A DNA stretch of 64,000 nucleotides from Lama glama (lineage: Eukaryota). The translations under genes were made by a program, and so were the position numbers. Shown piece after piece: positions 49,250 through 62,695 of this stretch; position 1 is the stretch's first letter, and every line of letters starts with the position of its first letter. The stretch is from the NCBI GenBank assembly GCA_028534125.1, contig CM052818.1, positions 31,188,001-31,252,000 of the forward strand, read 5' to 3'. The notes beneath the pieces were generated by a model. The model saw only the letters and a program-made list of their open reading frames with translations, was not told where the DNA came from and ran no database searches.

Positions 49250-50795
49250 AGTCCTCCTGTCATTCTCTTCTTTCATTCAACATTGTGGTTTTAAGCCTCA
49301 TCCTGCTTAAAGAGTGGTGTAGTTGATTCATTTTCACTGCTGCAAACTAGTCGTTAAGTTCGTTCACCTGTTCTCCCGGCTGTGAGCATCTGGGCTGCTT
49401 CCAGGTTTCTGCCCTACTGCTGCTGGGAAGGTTCTTGTGCGTGTCTCTCGGTGTCCACGTGCCAAGTTTCTGGGGGAGCTACGCTCAGAAGCAGACCTGC
49501 TGAGTCAGGACATACATGCTGCTTCAGTTTTACAAAATGTAGTGCCAAATCGCTCTCCCAAAATTTTGTATCATTTTGCGCCTCCACTGTGAATGTTTTT
49601 GAGTTGTCTTTCCTTCACATCCTCTCCCATACGTGATATTAGCAGAATTTTAAAATTTTCCTACTCTGATGGTGCAAAAGAATATCTCCTGGTTTTAATT
49701 TGCATTTGTCTTAACATACAGAGGCTGCGTATTTTTTATATCCCTATAGCAATTTGGGTTTCCTTCTTTGCTCACTAGGGGGTTATGTTTTTCTTATTGA
49801 TATGTGGAAGTTCTTTCTATATTCTGGATATTAATTCTTTCTTAGTTTTATGGGTAGTCGTTATCCTCTTCTGATATGTAATGTGTTTTGCTTTGGTTTT
49901 GGTGTTTCTTGAGCAACAGAAATGTTTGATTTTAATGTAGTCAGAATTCTCAACTTTTCTCTAAAGTTTGTGCTGCATCTTGTTCTATTTGACATAAAAT
50001 TATAACACTCCTTTCAAGTTCTGCTTTTCACATTTGGAAATTATTTTTGGTGTAGCAGAAATATTTGGTATAGCAAAAAATATTTTTCCATTCAGACAAC
50101 CAAATGTTTAAGACATTATCAAACTGTTTTCCAGAGTGGCTGTGCTATTTTATATTCCTATCAGCAGTGTACGTTTTCCATATTTTCACCAAAACTTGAT
50201 GTGGTCAGTCTTTTTAATTTTAGCCATTCTATTAGATGTGTAGTGGTATCTCAGTGAAGTTGTTCTAATTTGCATTTTCCTAATGATTTATGATGCTGAA
50301 CACATTTTTACGTGCTTACTTACCATCCATCTATCTTCTTTGGTCAAGTATCTATTCAAGACTTTTGCCCATTTTTTAATTAGGTCGTTTGACTTCTTAT
50401 TGTTGGCTTTGAGAGTTCTTTATACGTACAAGTCCTTTATCAGATCTATGCTTTGCAAATAGTTTCTTCCAGTCTGTGTTTGTCTTTAGTTTCTTAACAG
50501 AATCTTTTGAAGAGCAGAGGTTTTTAATTTTGATAGTCAAATTTATTCATGCTTTTTTCCATGGGTTGTGCTTTTAGTGCCATACTTTTAACAATCTTTG
50601 CCTAACCCAAATTTATAAAGATTTTTCTCTTCGGTTTTCTTCTCGAAATTTTATAGTTTTAGACTTTACATTTAGGTCTGTGATCTGTTTTGAGTTAAGG
50701 TATGGATATGATACAAGGCATGGGTTGAATTTTATTTGTTTGTCTGTTTATTTGTTTTCTGCATGTGGATATTCAGTTGTTCCAGCACAGGTGAA
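49250..50795 (-). mobile_element. Two stacked antisense L1 ORF2/3' fragments (junction near 50095)
   Basis: Two similar antisense blocks, ggttttaatttgcattt... and ttctaatttgcattttccctaatga..., each followed by ORF2-like sequence. Confidence 0.8.
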
Positions 50796-50869
50796 AAGGA
50801 GAGTCTTTTTTCTCACCTATTTAATTTTGGATTGTTCCTATTGCTCAGTCTGGAAGCACTCACATGCTC

Positions 50870-53800
50870 TTTACCATGACATTCCACCAAGGGCTTTCAA
50901 GGAAGATTGAGGGAAGGCAGATGACCTTACATTGATGGCAGCAGGCAAGAAACGCAAGTAAATGGCTGCCACTGGAGGGCGGGCACAAAACCCCACCCAT
51001 GTCCTAGATCCTTCTCTCTTACCAGGAAAAAGCCTTAAGCCATTGGAACGACAGGAAACAGGGCCTAGGCAAAATCCATCACCTCTGAAGGAAAACAGAA
51101 ACAAAAGCCATTTAACGCTGGAAGAGGGATAGGAAACCTTCTGTTCCCTGTGCACTGCTGGTGAGTGGTAAGAAGCAAATTCAGTTCCAGGGTCCTGCAC
51201 TGATACAAAGCAGAGGTCTGCTATCACTGGAGTAGGAGAGTGATGGTGAGGCAGGAGGCCCTCCCCTGCCCAAGATGTCCCACGGGTACCAGAAGGGGTT
51301 TGGGCCCCACAAAAGTGAGATGCAGGAATGAGGGCCAGGTGCACAGAGACTGCCCAAGACTAAGGCTAGAAGAGAAAACCTAAGGTCCCCATCTGCCCCA
51401 ACATGAGCCTCACACCTAGAAACGAGCAGTAGCGGGCTACAGCTGCAGAAGAATGTTGAGAGTCCCCTCCGTGGTGCAGGCATGCAGGGCCCTGGAAGAT
51501 GGAAGAACATAAGAACACTGAAAAAAACCTTCTGGCACCCCAGACCCCTACCAAATGCAAGTAACAGCAGCCCACCACTGGAGGAATTTGAAATCTGTGC
51601 TGCAGTGAAGTAAACTATAACAATTACAAAACTCAGACTCAGCACAACTGCTGATTATAATTGATTCAACCCCGGATACGAACAGCCTTACGGAAGACGG
51701 ATACTCACTTCCGGGCATAAATACTATTTACTTCAGTCTTTATTCTACTCACAGTGCTTGGAACACAATAAAAAATTACAAACACATGCAAATTACAAGA
51801 CATACCAAAAAAAAAAAAAACCCGAAATAAAAATCCCTATTATCAAGAAATAAAACATTTCATAGAAGCAGACTCAGATTACAGATGTCAGAACTATCAG
51901 AGGCTTTAAAAATAATGATCATTTTATGGAAAAAGATCTGGTGGAAAAAGAGGACAATATAGGTGAGCAAATGGAGATTTCACCGGAGAGATGGAAATTA
52001 CAAAGAGAGTCAAATAGGAATGCTGAAATAAAAAATATGAAGAACTCCTTTGATGGCTTTTAAGTAGATATATAACAGAGGAAAGGAACAGTGAACTTAA
52101 AGACAGGTCAGTCGATAGAAATGATCCAAACTGGAACACAAAGGGGCAAAATAGAATCCAAGACATACGGCCAATATTAACGTCAGTGATCTAATATCAG
52201 AGCTCCAGAAGGAAGAGAGAAAGAATGGGGCAGAAGAAGTATTTGAATATACAATGTCCAAGAATTTTCCAAAATTAATTCAAAGCAACAAACTATAATT
52301 CCATGAAATTCAAAGAACTCCAACATGATTAAAGAAAAAAACCCAAAATGAGCAATAAAAAATTTAGGCACATTATAGTCAAGCTGCTAAAACCAAAAGA
52401 TAAAGGGAAAATGCTGAAGGCAACAAAAAGGGAGAAAATGGAGGAGAAAAAGATTAGAACTACAACAGACTTCTCACAAATTCTGCAAACCCTGAAGCTA
52501 GTAAAACAGTAAAGTATGGCAGGTGGGGGCAGAAATCTGTCCATTCATAATTTTATACCAGTAAAAATATCTTTGAAAACAAAAGCAAAATAGACTTTTC
52601 CAGACAAACAAACCTGAGTGAATTAGTTACCAGCAGGTCTGCGCTACAAAAAAATGTTCAGGGAAGTTTTGCAGTTGGAAGGAATGTAGTATGAGATGGA
52701 AATTTGTATCTCAACAAAGAAATGAAGATTCCTGGAAATGGTAAACATAAGAGGAAACAGAAAAGAATTTTCGCTCTTATTTTTACCTCTTTACAATGAG
52801 TATGCATGACAATAGCACCAAGGATGGGAAGCAGGAAATGGAAGTATACTGTGATGTTACCTACATGTAATTGTGTACTATTGGAGAGCTATTTATGGTA
52901 AACCCTAGAGCAATCACTATTTTTAAAAAGTGGAGATTTGAGTCACAAGTCAAAATTTAAATAGTATATCCCCTGACAGTATTTGGTTGATACAGTTATT
53001 TTAATTTGAAGGGAAAGGGTAAAAAAGATCAGAGGTGAGTTTGCTAATTGCCTTGTCAGTAACATGTGGTAATGAAGACCTGACGAATCAAGCAATAGAA
53101 GTTATGTACATATTTAACATGATGAAGATAAATACAAAATGCTACTTTGATGAACCAATGTAGCATGAGAGAGGAAAGGGTCCAGGAGAGCAGCCGGGAA
53201 GAGGAAGCGTGCTAGTTCTGTTCTTGTTTACAGAAGGGAACTAATACATTCTGTCTGAAGAAAGCTAAGGATTGTACATAAAGTGAATCATAAAGAGAAA
53301 CACTAGAAAAACAAGCAAAAATCTCCTTCCCGACATGAGGAGAACCACACAGAAAAAAACAAAGCCAAGAAGGGAAAAAGAAAAGAAAACCACAGTGTGA
53401 AAGACTAAAAGGAGAACAAAAAGTAAGAAGAAGAAACATGACATTATTCAAGATTTGCAGATACTAACTAATATATAAAGTAGATTAACAGTTAAGTTTA
53501 TACTGTATAGCACAGGGAACCATATTCAATATTTTGTAGGAACTTATGGTGAAAAAGAGTATGAAAACGAATATATGTATGTTCGTGTATGACTGAAGCA
53601 TGATGCTGTACACCAGAAATGGACATAACATTGTAAACTGACTATATTTCTAAAAAAAAAATACAAGAAAAGAAACATGACATTAAATCGTATGACAAAT
53701 CTCAGTACAAATATATCGTCATGTCCATGACTGTAAGTGGACTAAATTCCACTCTTGAGAATATGTTCAGATTGGCTCCCAAGTGAAACCCGACTCTGTG

Positions 53801-54750
53801 CTGTCTGCAGAAGACACACCTAAAACCAAGTGATTTAGGAAAGTTTAAGAAGGCTGGAAATAAAAGAACGAGCAAAGTCATGCCAGGTAAATGCCAATAA
53901 GAAATCAAGAGTTATGAGGCTAATAGAAGGAATGGAGCATTCAGGCTAAAGAAATCATTAAACAAGTCAAAGAAAGACACTTTATAATGCCAAAGGTTGT
54001 AATTCACAACTCAGATGCATGAACTATAATGTTTATATGCCAGTCAGCATAGTAGCAAATTCTATACTGCAGAAATTATAGGAAATAGGAGAAACTGACA
54101 AAGACACAGCGGGATATTTTAATCTGTCTCTCAGTCCAGGGTGGATTCAGAAAATAAAGAGAAATAGAGCCAGTTACAGTCAACCTTAGTAAAACAATAG
54201 AGCAAACGTTGTACCTTAATAAAAGAGAACACACCTTTCCGATGCCCCCGTGTGTATGAACGTTCATGAAATCCTTACATTACACCTCAGCAAAGGAACC
54301 TCAGTAGAGTCTACATGATATTCTCTGATCACAATGTAATAAAACAGAATTAGTAACAATATCACAAAAAAATCCCCTTCATCTGGAGATCCATAAACTT
54401 CCTTTAAAATTCCTCTTAGGTTAATGACAAAAATGAAAACAAATAAAATTTCTAGAAAACAATGAAAAGTACACATATTAAATTAAAGGGGTACAAATAA
54501 AGCAGTGTCCAGAGGACAATTAATATTCCTCAATAGATACATTAGTTTTAAAAAGAAGAATTAAACAGATGAGTTAAGATCCAACTCAGAAAGATATTAA
54601 GGCATTAGTTTACCTAATTGAAAAATTTTAAAGGAAAAACACAAACCAAGAAACCAGGGGAGTAAATACAGAAGAGAAAATTAAAACAACCATATGAAGC
54701 AGTTTTGTGCAACTATTAAGTAAACATATCTCAAAACCTCATGAAATGGA
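50870..54750 (+). mobile_element. Old L1 with degenerate 5' region, ORF1 and ORF2 endonuclease remnants
   Basis: ORF1-like aggcacattatagtcaagctgctaaaaccaaaagataaag and aattttatacccagtaaaaatatc; ORF2 EN-like ctgtaagtggactaaattcc, tgctgtctgcagaagacacacc, ttctctgatcacaatg. Confidence 0.8.
53447..53669 (+). mobile_element. Young 5'-truncated L1 3' end nested in the old L1, with perfect 16-bp TSD
   Basis: agatttgcagatactaacta...tactgtatagcacagggaac...ttgtaaactgactata plus A tail. TSD aagaaacatgacatta at 53431-53446 and 53670-53685. Confidence 0.9.
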
Positions 54751-55782
54751 AGTCAGTTCAGTCTCAGAGCAGTTGCATGAGTAACTGGTAAAGCCAAGAC
54801 TAAGCCCCAGTCTTGGAACCCCAAGGTCAAGGCTTTTCCGACAAGTCCACTGCCTCCTGCTTCCTGCCTCGAGTCTCCTTGGCCAAAGGCTGGAAGGTCT
54901 GGGTCCTGCCCAGAATCTGCCAGAGGGGAGATGGGCAGGAAGAGGTGGCTGTAGGTTCGCAGAGCCAGTGAAGTCAATCCTCCATCGTCGTCCCAGGGAA
55001 GCAAAATACCCAGCCAGGCAGGGTCCCCCTCTTTATGGAAGTCCCAGCCCTGCTCACCAGGATCAGCCAGCACACTGGGAGTAGAAGACCCCGCAGCACA
55101 CAGTGGACCCCGTACCGCGGCTCTCTGGCCCAGCTTGACTCTGACCTCCCCTCTCCCTCAGCCCGGACTGCATGCTCCTTCTGCCCGGGCTGCTGCTGCT
55201 CTGCCTGACTTCTGCATCTGGGGGCCAGAGCCCAGCCAGCCACCATGCCGGCCTTCGTCTCCTCAAGAATCCGACACAATACCCGGAAGGCAAGGGGTCA
55301 CACCAGCATCCCCGAGCCCACGTGTGGAGTCCACCCAACAGAGGCCCTGAATGTGGAATGGCAGCCCCAGAGAGGTACAAAATCTGTGCAGACAGACACA
55401 AAAGATGTCCCCTGTGGGTCACACAATGAAAGAGAGGTGTAGAACAGTGTGATTAGTGTGAGCCCCTTTGTAGAATTTTTTTTTTCTCACTGTAAGAGCA
55501 GAATAGAGAGAGAGAAATGAACATAGAAAGTGAAAATAAAATTTCCTGTCACCTCAGACTCCTATCCCTCGCCTCTGTGTCCAGCAAGTAAGCTCTGTTA
55601 CACATCTTGTGAGTTCGTATTCTTCCAAAGATATTCCATACGCAAAATAGTGTATATACGTATATTATAGGTTACACATGCACACTTGCACACTCTACAA
55701 ATGTTAATGCCAGTTGGAGCCATTCATGCATTTGTTCATTCAATAGTTCATTTGGGGGGCCTGCAGAGCAGATGTAATTAAG

Positions 55783-55881
55783 TTTATTTACTTACTTCTT
55801 TATTTTAACGGAGGTGCTGGGGATTGAACCCAGGACACATGCGTGCTAAGCACACGCTCTACCCCAAGCTCTACCCGCCCC
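55783..55881 (-). mobile_element. tRNA-derived SINE (camelid-type)
   Basis: ggaggtgctggggattgaacccaggacacatgcgtgctaagcacacgctctacc, the reverse-complement homolog of the 29693 copy. Confidence 0.88.
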
Positions 55882-57184
55882 TTTCAATTGTTTATTTGCA
55901 GCAGGCTAGATGCTAAGCACCCAGCCCCGGCTGTCACAGAGTCCAGCGGCGGGTACAGTCACCAAAGGACCACACAAATGAAGTATGTTTAGAAACAGAT
56001 TCAGTGAGGAAGTCTGAACTGAGTCAAAATCTGAACTGAGGTGTCCTGCAGGTGACAGCCACATCTGTCAGTGTTTGAGGGACAGTCACCCCAGCCCTGG
56101 CCATGGACACATTTTCTTTGAGTCTCTCATGTGTTTCCGGTGAAGAACTAGAGCTGTGACTCACTGTCCTCACCATCTGCAGCACAGGGCTCCAGTGATT
56201 CATGGCCATCACCCCAGCCCGTCCCCCAGGATGGCTCAGAGGAACAAGAGACAAAATGATTCAGGCAGAGAGAGACACAGCCTAGCCTGTTCACGCCCAC
56301 TGCTCCCTTCCTGCCTGGAAAACGGAGACGGGCATGGCTCTGGCCTCTGAGTGACGCACATTTTCAGGGGTGTGCTGATGGAGGGACAGTGCCCTCCTGG
56401 TGAGGGTCCTCAGAACACAAGTGGTGACTAGTCTCCGCAGCAGGAGCTAAGCCGGCGAGGGGAGAGGTGAGGACGTATGGCTCGATTCCACCTCCGGCCT
56501 CTGCAGGGCCCTCCCTGACCATGCCTGTCTGCAGAGAGTCCCAGATCGGGGTGTCTGGTCCCCTGCATGCCCAGGCTGGTGTGTCCACACATTTGCACAG
56601 GGCCACCCTGCCCCAGAACTTCAGTCTCTAAACACCCAGGCCGAGCCCACCATCCTCTCCCGAAGCCCGATTCTGCCTCTGGCGGCTGCCTCCTTGAACT
56701 ACTACGCCACCATCGCCCTGGACCCTGGTCTTGAAGTCCTGGCGTTGACTTCAGCTCCTCCCTTTCCAGCACTCTCCTCACCTAATCCAGCCCCATCTGC
56801 CCCTGCCTGCCTTTCCCTGCTTTTGTCTCCTTTTGTGCCCTTTCCTCAACAAAAACTTTCAGGAAACCCTCTCTGGCCTTGCTGACTCGGGACTGCAGAT
56901 TTTCTCACTGCCCTCAACATATTTTCCTAAATGCGTCTCGGTGGCAGTCCACCCCTCTCCTCCACTGGCGCCGTCTCGGGGTCTGCGGCAAAGATTGAAC
57001 TCCTAGGCACATGGAGGGCAGGCAGGTGACACAGAGGAGGGAGGCCTGCTGAGAGGCACTCGATAAAGGGCCACAGTAGGGAGTGGTGAGGACCAGAGCA
57101 GATGGGAGAATGCTTGTCCCGCTCGGGGGCGGCGACCACCCAGCCACAGCTGGGTGAAGCACGACAGAGCCACAGCCCCAAATT

Positions 57185-57280
57185 GCCAGACCTTTTGAAC
57201 TTTCACAAAAAACCAGCTTTGTTTATGAAATCTCTTAATTTCTAAACGTTGGTAACGAATTCACATGTGAAACACCAAAT
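57185..57280. mobile_element. MER45-like hAT-Tip100 fragment
   Basis: tttatgaaatctcttaatttctaaacgttggtaacgaattc. Confidence 0.45.
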
Positions 57281-57294
57281 ACTTTCCCTATTCC

Positions 57295-57720
57295 TGCATT
57301 TCAGACCTTCCTCGGTCTGGATCTCAGCACCGTCTCCCAGGGCCGCTGTCCTCTGTGCTTACGGCCAAAGCTGTAGCACGCCCCAGACACTAGGCTGTTT
57401 GCCATTCCCAGGGCACGCCTGGCCTGTCATACCGACCCTGTTCCTATGTTGCCCTGTGCTTCCTTCTCGATGTCCCTCCAAATCCTACCCTATCCACCTA
57501 CGAAGGGTCCCCTTGCTGCCATCCCTCAGCTCCAAGTCCGACTACTCTGTCCCCCTACACGTTGTCCCACTGTCATGGTACAAGCCACATGCTGACCTGT
57601 GTCACCAGCTGTGTGTCCCCGCATCGTCTTTGCATGACCAGAGGTTCTTAGATGCAGACACTCTCTTATTCCTAGAACCTGCACATAGTGTAGGCGCTCC
57701 TGAGTTTCAGGACTTGTGCT
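57295..57720 (+). mobile_element. L2 LINE 3' fragment
   Basis: aaatcctaccctatcc...ttattcctagaacctgcacatagtgtaggcgctc resembles L2. Confidence 0.55.
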
Positions 57721-60700
57721 AATTAGAACTGAAGAAAGTGGACTGACAGCACAACACAAAGCGGGTTGGGGAACCTGGGGCTTCTGTGTCCCAAGCCTGT
57801 TGCACTCCCAGGTCTGGCCCTTGGATAGCTTCCTGGGCTGCACACCCACCCTTCTGGGGCTCTGGCCCTCAGCCCCCGCCCGGCACGTCATGCATGGAGC
57901 ACAGCACCTGAGGAAGTTCTGAGTCACCATCTGAGCTTCGGCCTAATGCACTTCACAGGCCTCGTCGTTAGGAACCCGGCCCACTTCTTGCTTTGCAGCC
58001 CCCTCCCCCCGGCCCCGCCGGTTTATGGGGAAAAACATCTGGATGGAAATGGTCCTTGCCAAAGTGCGTGCCGCTCCACCCCACCCCTCCCTCTGCACCT
58101 GAAGTCCTGGTCCCCTTCCGGCCATTGACGACTGTTTGCTGTGGAGACGGCTGGGTTCGTGGCCCAGGAGGGAGCAGGTGCCGAGGAGCCGGGAGAGCAC
58201 AGGAGTTCACAGAGTCCCCGGGCCTGTTTCTCATTCTGACCCCGAGGATTGTGGAATGTGGGCCGGAGCAGCCCCGGGAGGACATGGAGCACAGTCAAAT
58301 GCAGGCTGCTTTTCCGGGAGGTGTGAGCTGGTGTGAAATGGCCTCCAGATGTGGGACCGAGAGCTCCCCGAGAGTCCGAGGCTGAGCTCTTAGGGGTCTC
58401 CCCGTGGGAAGCAGAGAGGCTGTCAGGAAGAGGTGGCCTTCTTTGCTTCTTTGTGCTCAGATTGGGCTGCGGTCTCCGCCGCTGTGTGCAGCCGCTGGGC
58501 CCTGGGCCCTGCGCGTCCAGGCGGGCCTTGGCCGTTCAGATGTGAGCACCTACGATGCAGACACTGCGCCCAGTCAGCTCCCCTGCGGGGGCCCCTTCCA
58601 CCCCCGCGCTTGGTTCACACTTAGTGAGAAGGGCTGTTGTGAGGTCCAAGTGATAGGCTTGGCGGATGGGCACTGGGGGGCGCTATTCATGATTGTTGGT
58701 TGTAGTCAGAGGCCAAGGGGTTGCCTAGAAGGGAGAGACGACCTGCTAAGGGACAGGACCCACTAGCAAATACTCTTACCCGAGCCTGTTCAGATCTCTC
58801 GCTCAACAAGCCCCTCCTGCAGCCAGAGCCTGGTACTGAGCTCTGCAGGAGACAAGGTGCAAGCCGGGAGGCCTCTCAGAAGGTGCTGCCACCCCTGAGG
58901 GGAGATAAAACGTACCAGTTGCTTCAAGTGCTACAGGCCGTGAGGAAAGAGCTCAGAGGGGAGGGAGGGCCCCTGGGAGGACAGCAGATGAGTCTGAGCC
59001 CCGTGTGCAGGTTGGGGAGGGGTGTCTTCAGCAAGAAGAGGGCAGAATGGCAGGGGGCGTGGATGGGCAAGATGGCAGGGGCGGAGTCTGAGTGCAGGAG
59101 AAGGCCCGAGAAGGCCGCCTCTCCAGGCATGCCTGGCTGATGGCGTTGAGTCTCTGGGGGTTGGTGGGAGTCCAGCTTCGTGCGATTCTCTAAATAGTCA
59201 CAGACAGGAGCTGGTGGTCAATAAAGGAGTTGGCTGATGAGAGTGAGGTCTCGTCCTTTTGGGTCCAGAGGCTGTTTCATTGCTGATGTGGAATCACCAC
59301 CCAGACAGGGGCTAATGCAATGCTCAGACCCCATCAGCTACACCAGTCCCTTGGGAACCAGGCTGCTGGCCCTAAGGTCAAGGCCAGGCCCTGCAGCTTC
59401 TTCCGTTGGGAAATGGTCAACTGCCAGGCTCCTCCTTCGTGACTTTGGCCTTAACCTTGCCAGTTCCTTCTGCTCCAAGAGGAAGGTTTTCCCTCCAAGC
59501 AAATAATGGTCTGGTCTCCATAGAGCCTCTGTAACCTCAATCACCCATTCCTGTATGGGAGCCGAGCCTCTGCCTGGATCATTTTAACGTCTCTCTGTTC
59601 AGGGTCAGGGCTTTTGCTCCACAATAAAAACTTACCCCAATTCTCCTTGAGGGCTAGCAATTACCACCTTGAACAGGACGAGGTACAGGTCTTCCCCTCC
59701 TCCCCCCAGACCCTTGTGAGGATTTCCTGTCTTCTCTGGAAAATATCCCATCTCCACCAGTTAGAGGACTGACTCTTGCTGGGGCATTAGAGTGTTTAGT
59801 TATTGCTTCAAAGATTCCTTACCAAGAGTTCCCATAAGGCCTAGGAGTTTTATGCGGATTCAGCTCTCCTCCCATTTCTCACCCCTCACCTTGTGCCAGA
59901 GTTCTTGGGCAGGTTGGCAGATCAGGCGCGACTTTAACCCCGGGCCACACATCTAATGAGGAACAGCTTCATGATTCAGGCAGCGTCCGTGTTTTTTACT
60001 TAACAAGCCTCCCAGCTCTGCTAATAAAAGCTCTAACCAGAGAGAAGCCGTATGTGTCCTGGGCTCACTCACCCAGCACAACAGCTGTCTGGCCAGAGGA
60101 GGCCTGTATTCTACACAGATCTCTTATTTCAAGCTAAGAACGTTCTAGACCTTGCTTAACTGCTTGGGTGATCAACTGCAAACTTTGGCACCACTCCTCA
60201 ATTGGAATGATTAACCCCTTGGAACATTCACATCAGAGGGAGACCACATGCTTTTCAGAACGACCGCCGTACCCTCGGAGAAGTGAGTGACACTGGGACC
60301 TCTTCCCCAGGTAGAGTTGTGTGTGACTGAGATTCGGGGCTGGCTGGCCCGCTGCCATGAGCATTGCGTGAGCCCAAGGGGCCGTGGACGTCATTCGCCG
60401 GCCCTCCCCACCTTCCTGCCAGTCATATTCTTTGCCAGATGCTCCTTTTCAGGTCTGGGGCTGCACCATGGAACCCAGGCCACAGATAAAACCGCAAGCC
60501 CGGGCTGGACCTTTCCCTGGAATGATACCAAGGGATGGCTGTCAAACAACTTGAGGACCTCTAGTGAAAGGAGCCATTTCTCATTCCTTTTGCTTTCCGG
60601 GGACTCCCAGAGCTGGAGCCTGGCTGCCCACGTGGCACAACAGGTCGTGTTCTCCATCAGGGAAGGGGGTCTTCTATTTTCTCTCCTTTCCAGGTTCTGC

Positions 60701-62084
60701 TGGTAAACAGTTTATGCCCACCTGATCCAACCATACCTGTTGTGATTTTTTTCCAGTTTAACCATCATCCCCCTGTCCTTTTTCTTCTCATCACTCAGGC
60801 CCTAACTGCTCTAGTTTACAAGGTACCAGTGGGAAACTCCCTATGTGTGTAAATATATGCTCTCAGCATCCCTAGCGGCCTTGGGAAATCTCCCTTCATC
60901 CTGCCTCCACAATTCTGTCTGCAGGATGTTTGGGGTGGGAACAGGCCATGTCCCAGAAGGGGTGTGACAAGAGGCGGTGTAACATTTCCAAGGGGCAGGA
61001 TGCCTGGCACACAGTAGGACCTCAATAAAAGTTGTTGCTATGTGCCCTCTCTCCACCCCTTCTTCTCCGTCTCCTCCTGGAAAGCACCCCCTTGCCTCTC
61101 AGGACACAGCTGGAACCTATGTCCATGTCCCGTTTTGCCTCCAGAGCCACAGCAGGCAACAGCAGCATCCAGCCCTCTGTGACCCGCTGGCGTGTGCCCA
61201 CCCTCTCTGACAGTCCTCACCGCGGATTGATTGACAGCAGGTGGCTGAGCTCCAAAAACGATCCCAAACATTTCCACCTCTCCCTGTACATACTTTCCCA
61301 AGCCCCACTGAGAATTAGCACCTCCATCCTCTCTCCCTGAGTTTTTGCTGGGCCTGTGGCTGCTTTGGGGAAACGCCATGTGCCAGGACAGGCATATTCT
61401 GCTTCTTCCCTCTTAGGACACGGCTCTTGGGGCTGGAGCACTCCTTGGAGTACCCCCAAGGGCTGCAGCTCCAGCCGATGTCGCAGGGAGCAGAAGAACC
61501 ACAGTGCTGAGCCCAGGCAACCAACACAGTCATGAGAGAGATTACAATCGTTATTTTCAGCCAGGTAGGGGAGGGAATTCTGGCAAGTGTAGCTCCCAGC
61601 TTAACCAAATTGACACAGCACCATCCAGCACTTTAGCAAACTGCTTTCCTCTGAGCCTTGGTTCCTTGTTAGTAAAATAGGGAAAATAATCCTTACCAAA
61701 CTCAGCTTGTTGAGAGATTCAGTGAGAAATGCATGCATGGTTTATCATATTCTAAATTCTTAAGGCACGTTAGTCACGCTGCTTGTTAGAGAAGAAGTCC
61801 ATTCGTGCTTATTGGATGAATGAACTGAAACTCTTCGGAGGCGCAGAAAGGGGGCAGGAAATAGGGCATGCCCCGGGACTTCAGGGCCAAGCTGGAACAA
61901 TGTGGGCCTCTTGTGGGAAGCTTGAGGCCAGAATAAATCTAGAAAATGTCAGCTGGACATCATCTGGGCCATCTGGCATTAAGAATCAGAGACTAGGATT
62001 GGGAATTCAGTCCCACTTCACAAGAATCCATCAGTTCACTCTCCAAGTCCAGATGAAGTCTGCCCAGGAGGCCAGGATGTTGGA

Positions 62085-62225
62085 GAGTTAGACACCCTGA
62101 GTTCTGGTTCCAGCTCTGCCAGTATTTACTCTATAAACTTAAGTGAGCCCTTTATCTGCTGTGGGTCTCTGTCTTCCCATCTGTGCATGAGGCAGCCGGA
62201 CCAGATGATCAGAGGGCCTTCCTAT
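62085..62225 (+). mobile_element. MIR fragment
   Basis: agttagacaccctgagttctggttccagctctgcc...tcttcccatctgtgcatgagg. Confidence 0.6.
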
Positions 62226-62489
62226 GCTTTCCTTCCACAGGGACCACTGAAAGGAAGTGATATGCAGTTTGGGAAACTGTAGGCCACTCTAGAAGGGCCC
62301 GTTATTCCACCTCAAATTGAGACCACTGTGCATGTGCAATTCAAACTAACCTTCACAATGCATCCATTCCACATCTTAACTGCAGGAGTAAATCTGAAAT
62401 GCAAATGGTAGATCCAGAGCCCATGTTAGCTCCCAAGGGCTGGGGAAGGGGGAAGTGATGTATTCCCATCAGCTACTGTGTAGCATGTG

Positions 62490-62695
62490 TTTGACATCCA
62501 TCATTTTATCACCCTTATGATGGCCTTGAATTGGGTATTATCATCCGTAATTTCCAGCTGGGGAAACTGAGGCTCAGGAAGGTTTAGCAGCCCTGAGCCC
62601 TGCCAGGGCACAAGCAGTGAGACTGTGGTAACACTGAGTTTGAACCCAGATTGGCCTGTGCCCAGAGCCTGTGCTCCCTCCACAGCACCAGGCTG
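62490..62695 (-). mobile_element. MIR SINE
   Basis: ggtattatcatccgtaatttccagctggggaaactgaggctcagg...gagtttgaacccaga. Confidence 0.75.

Noticed and set aside
56400..58650. CpG island or promoter
   Set aside because: GC-rich with scattered CpGs but many TpG/CpA; no dense island and no adjoining first exon seen.
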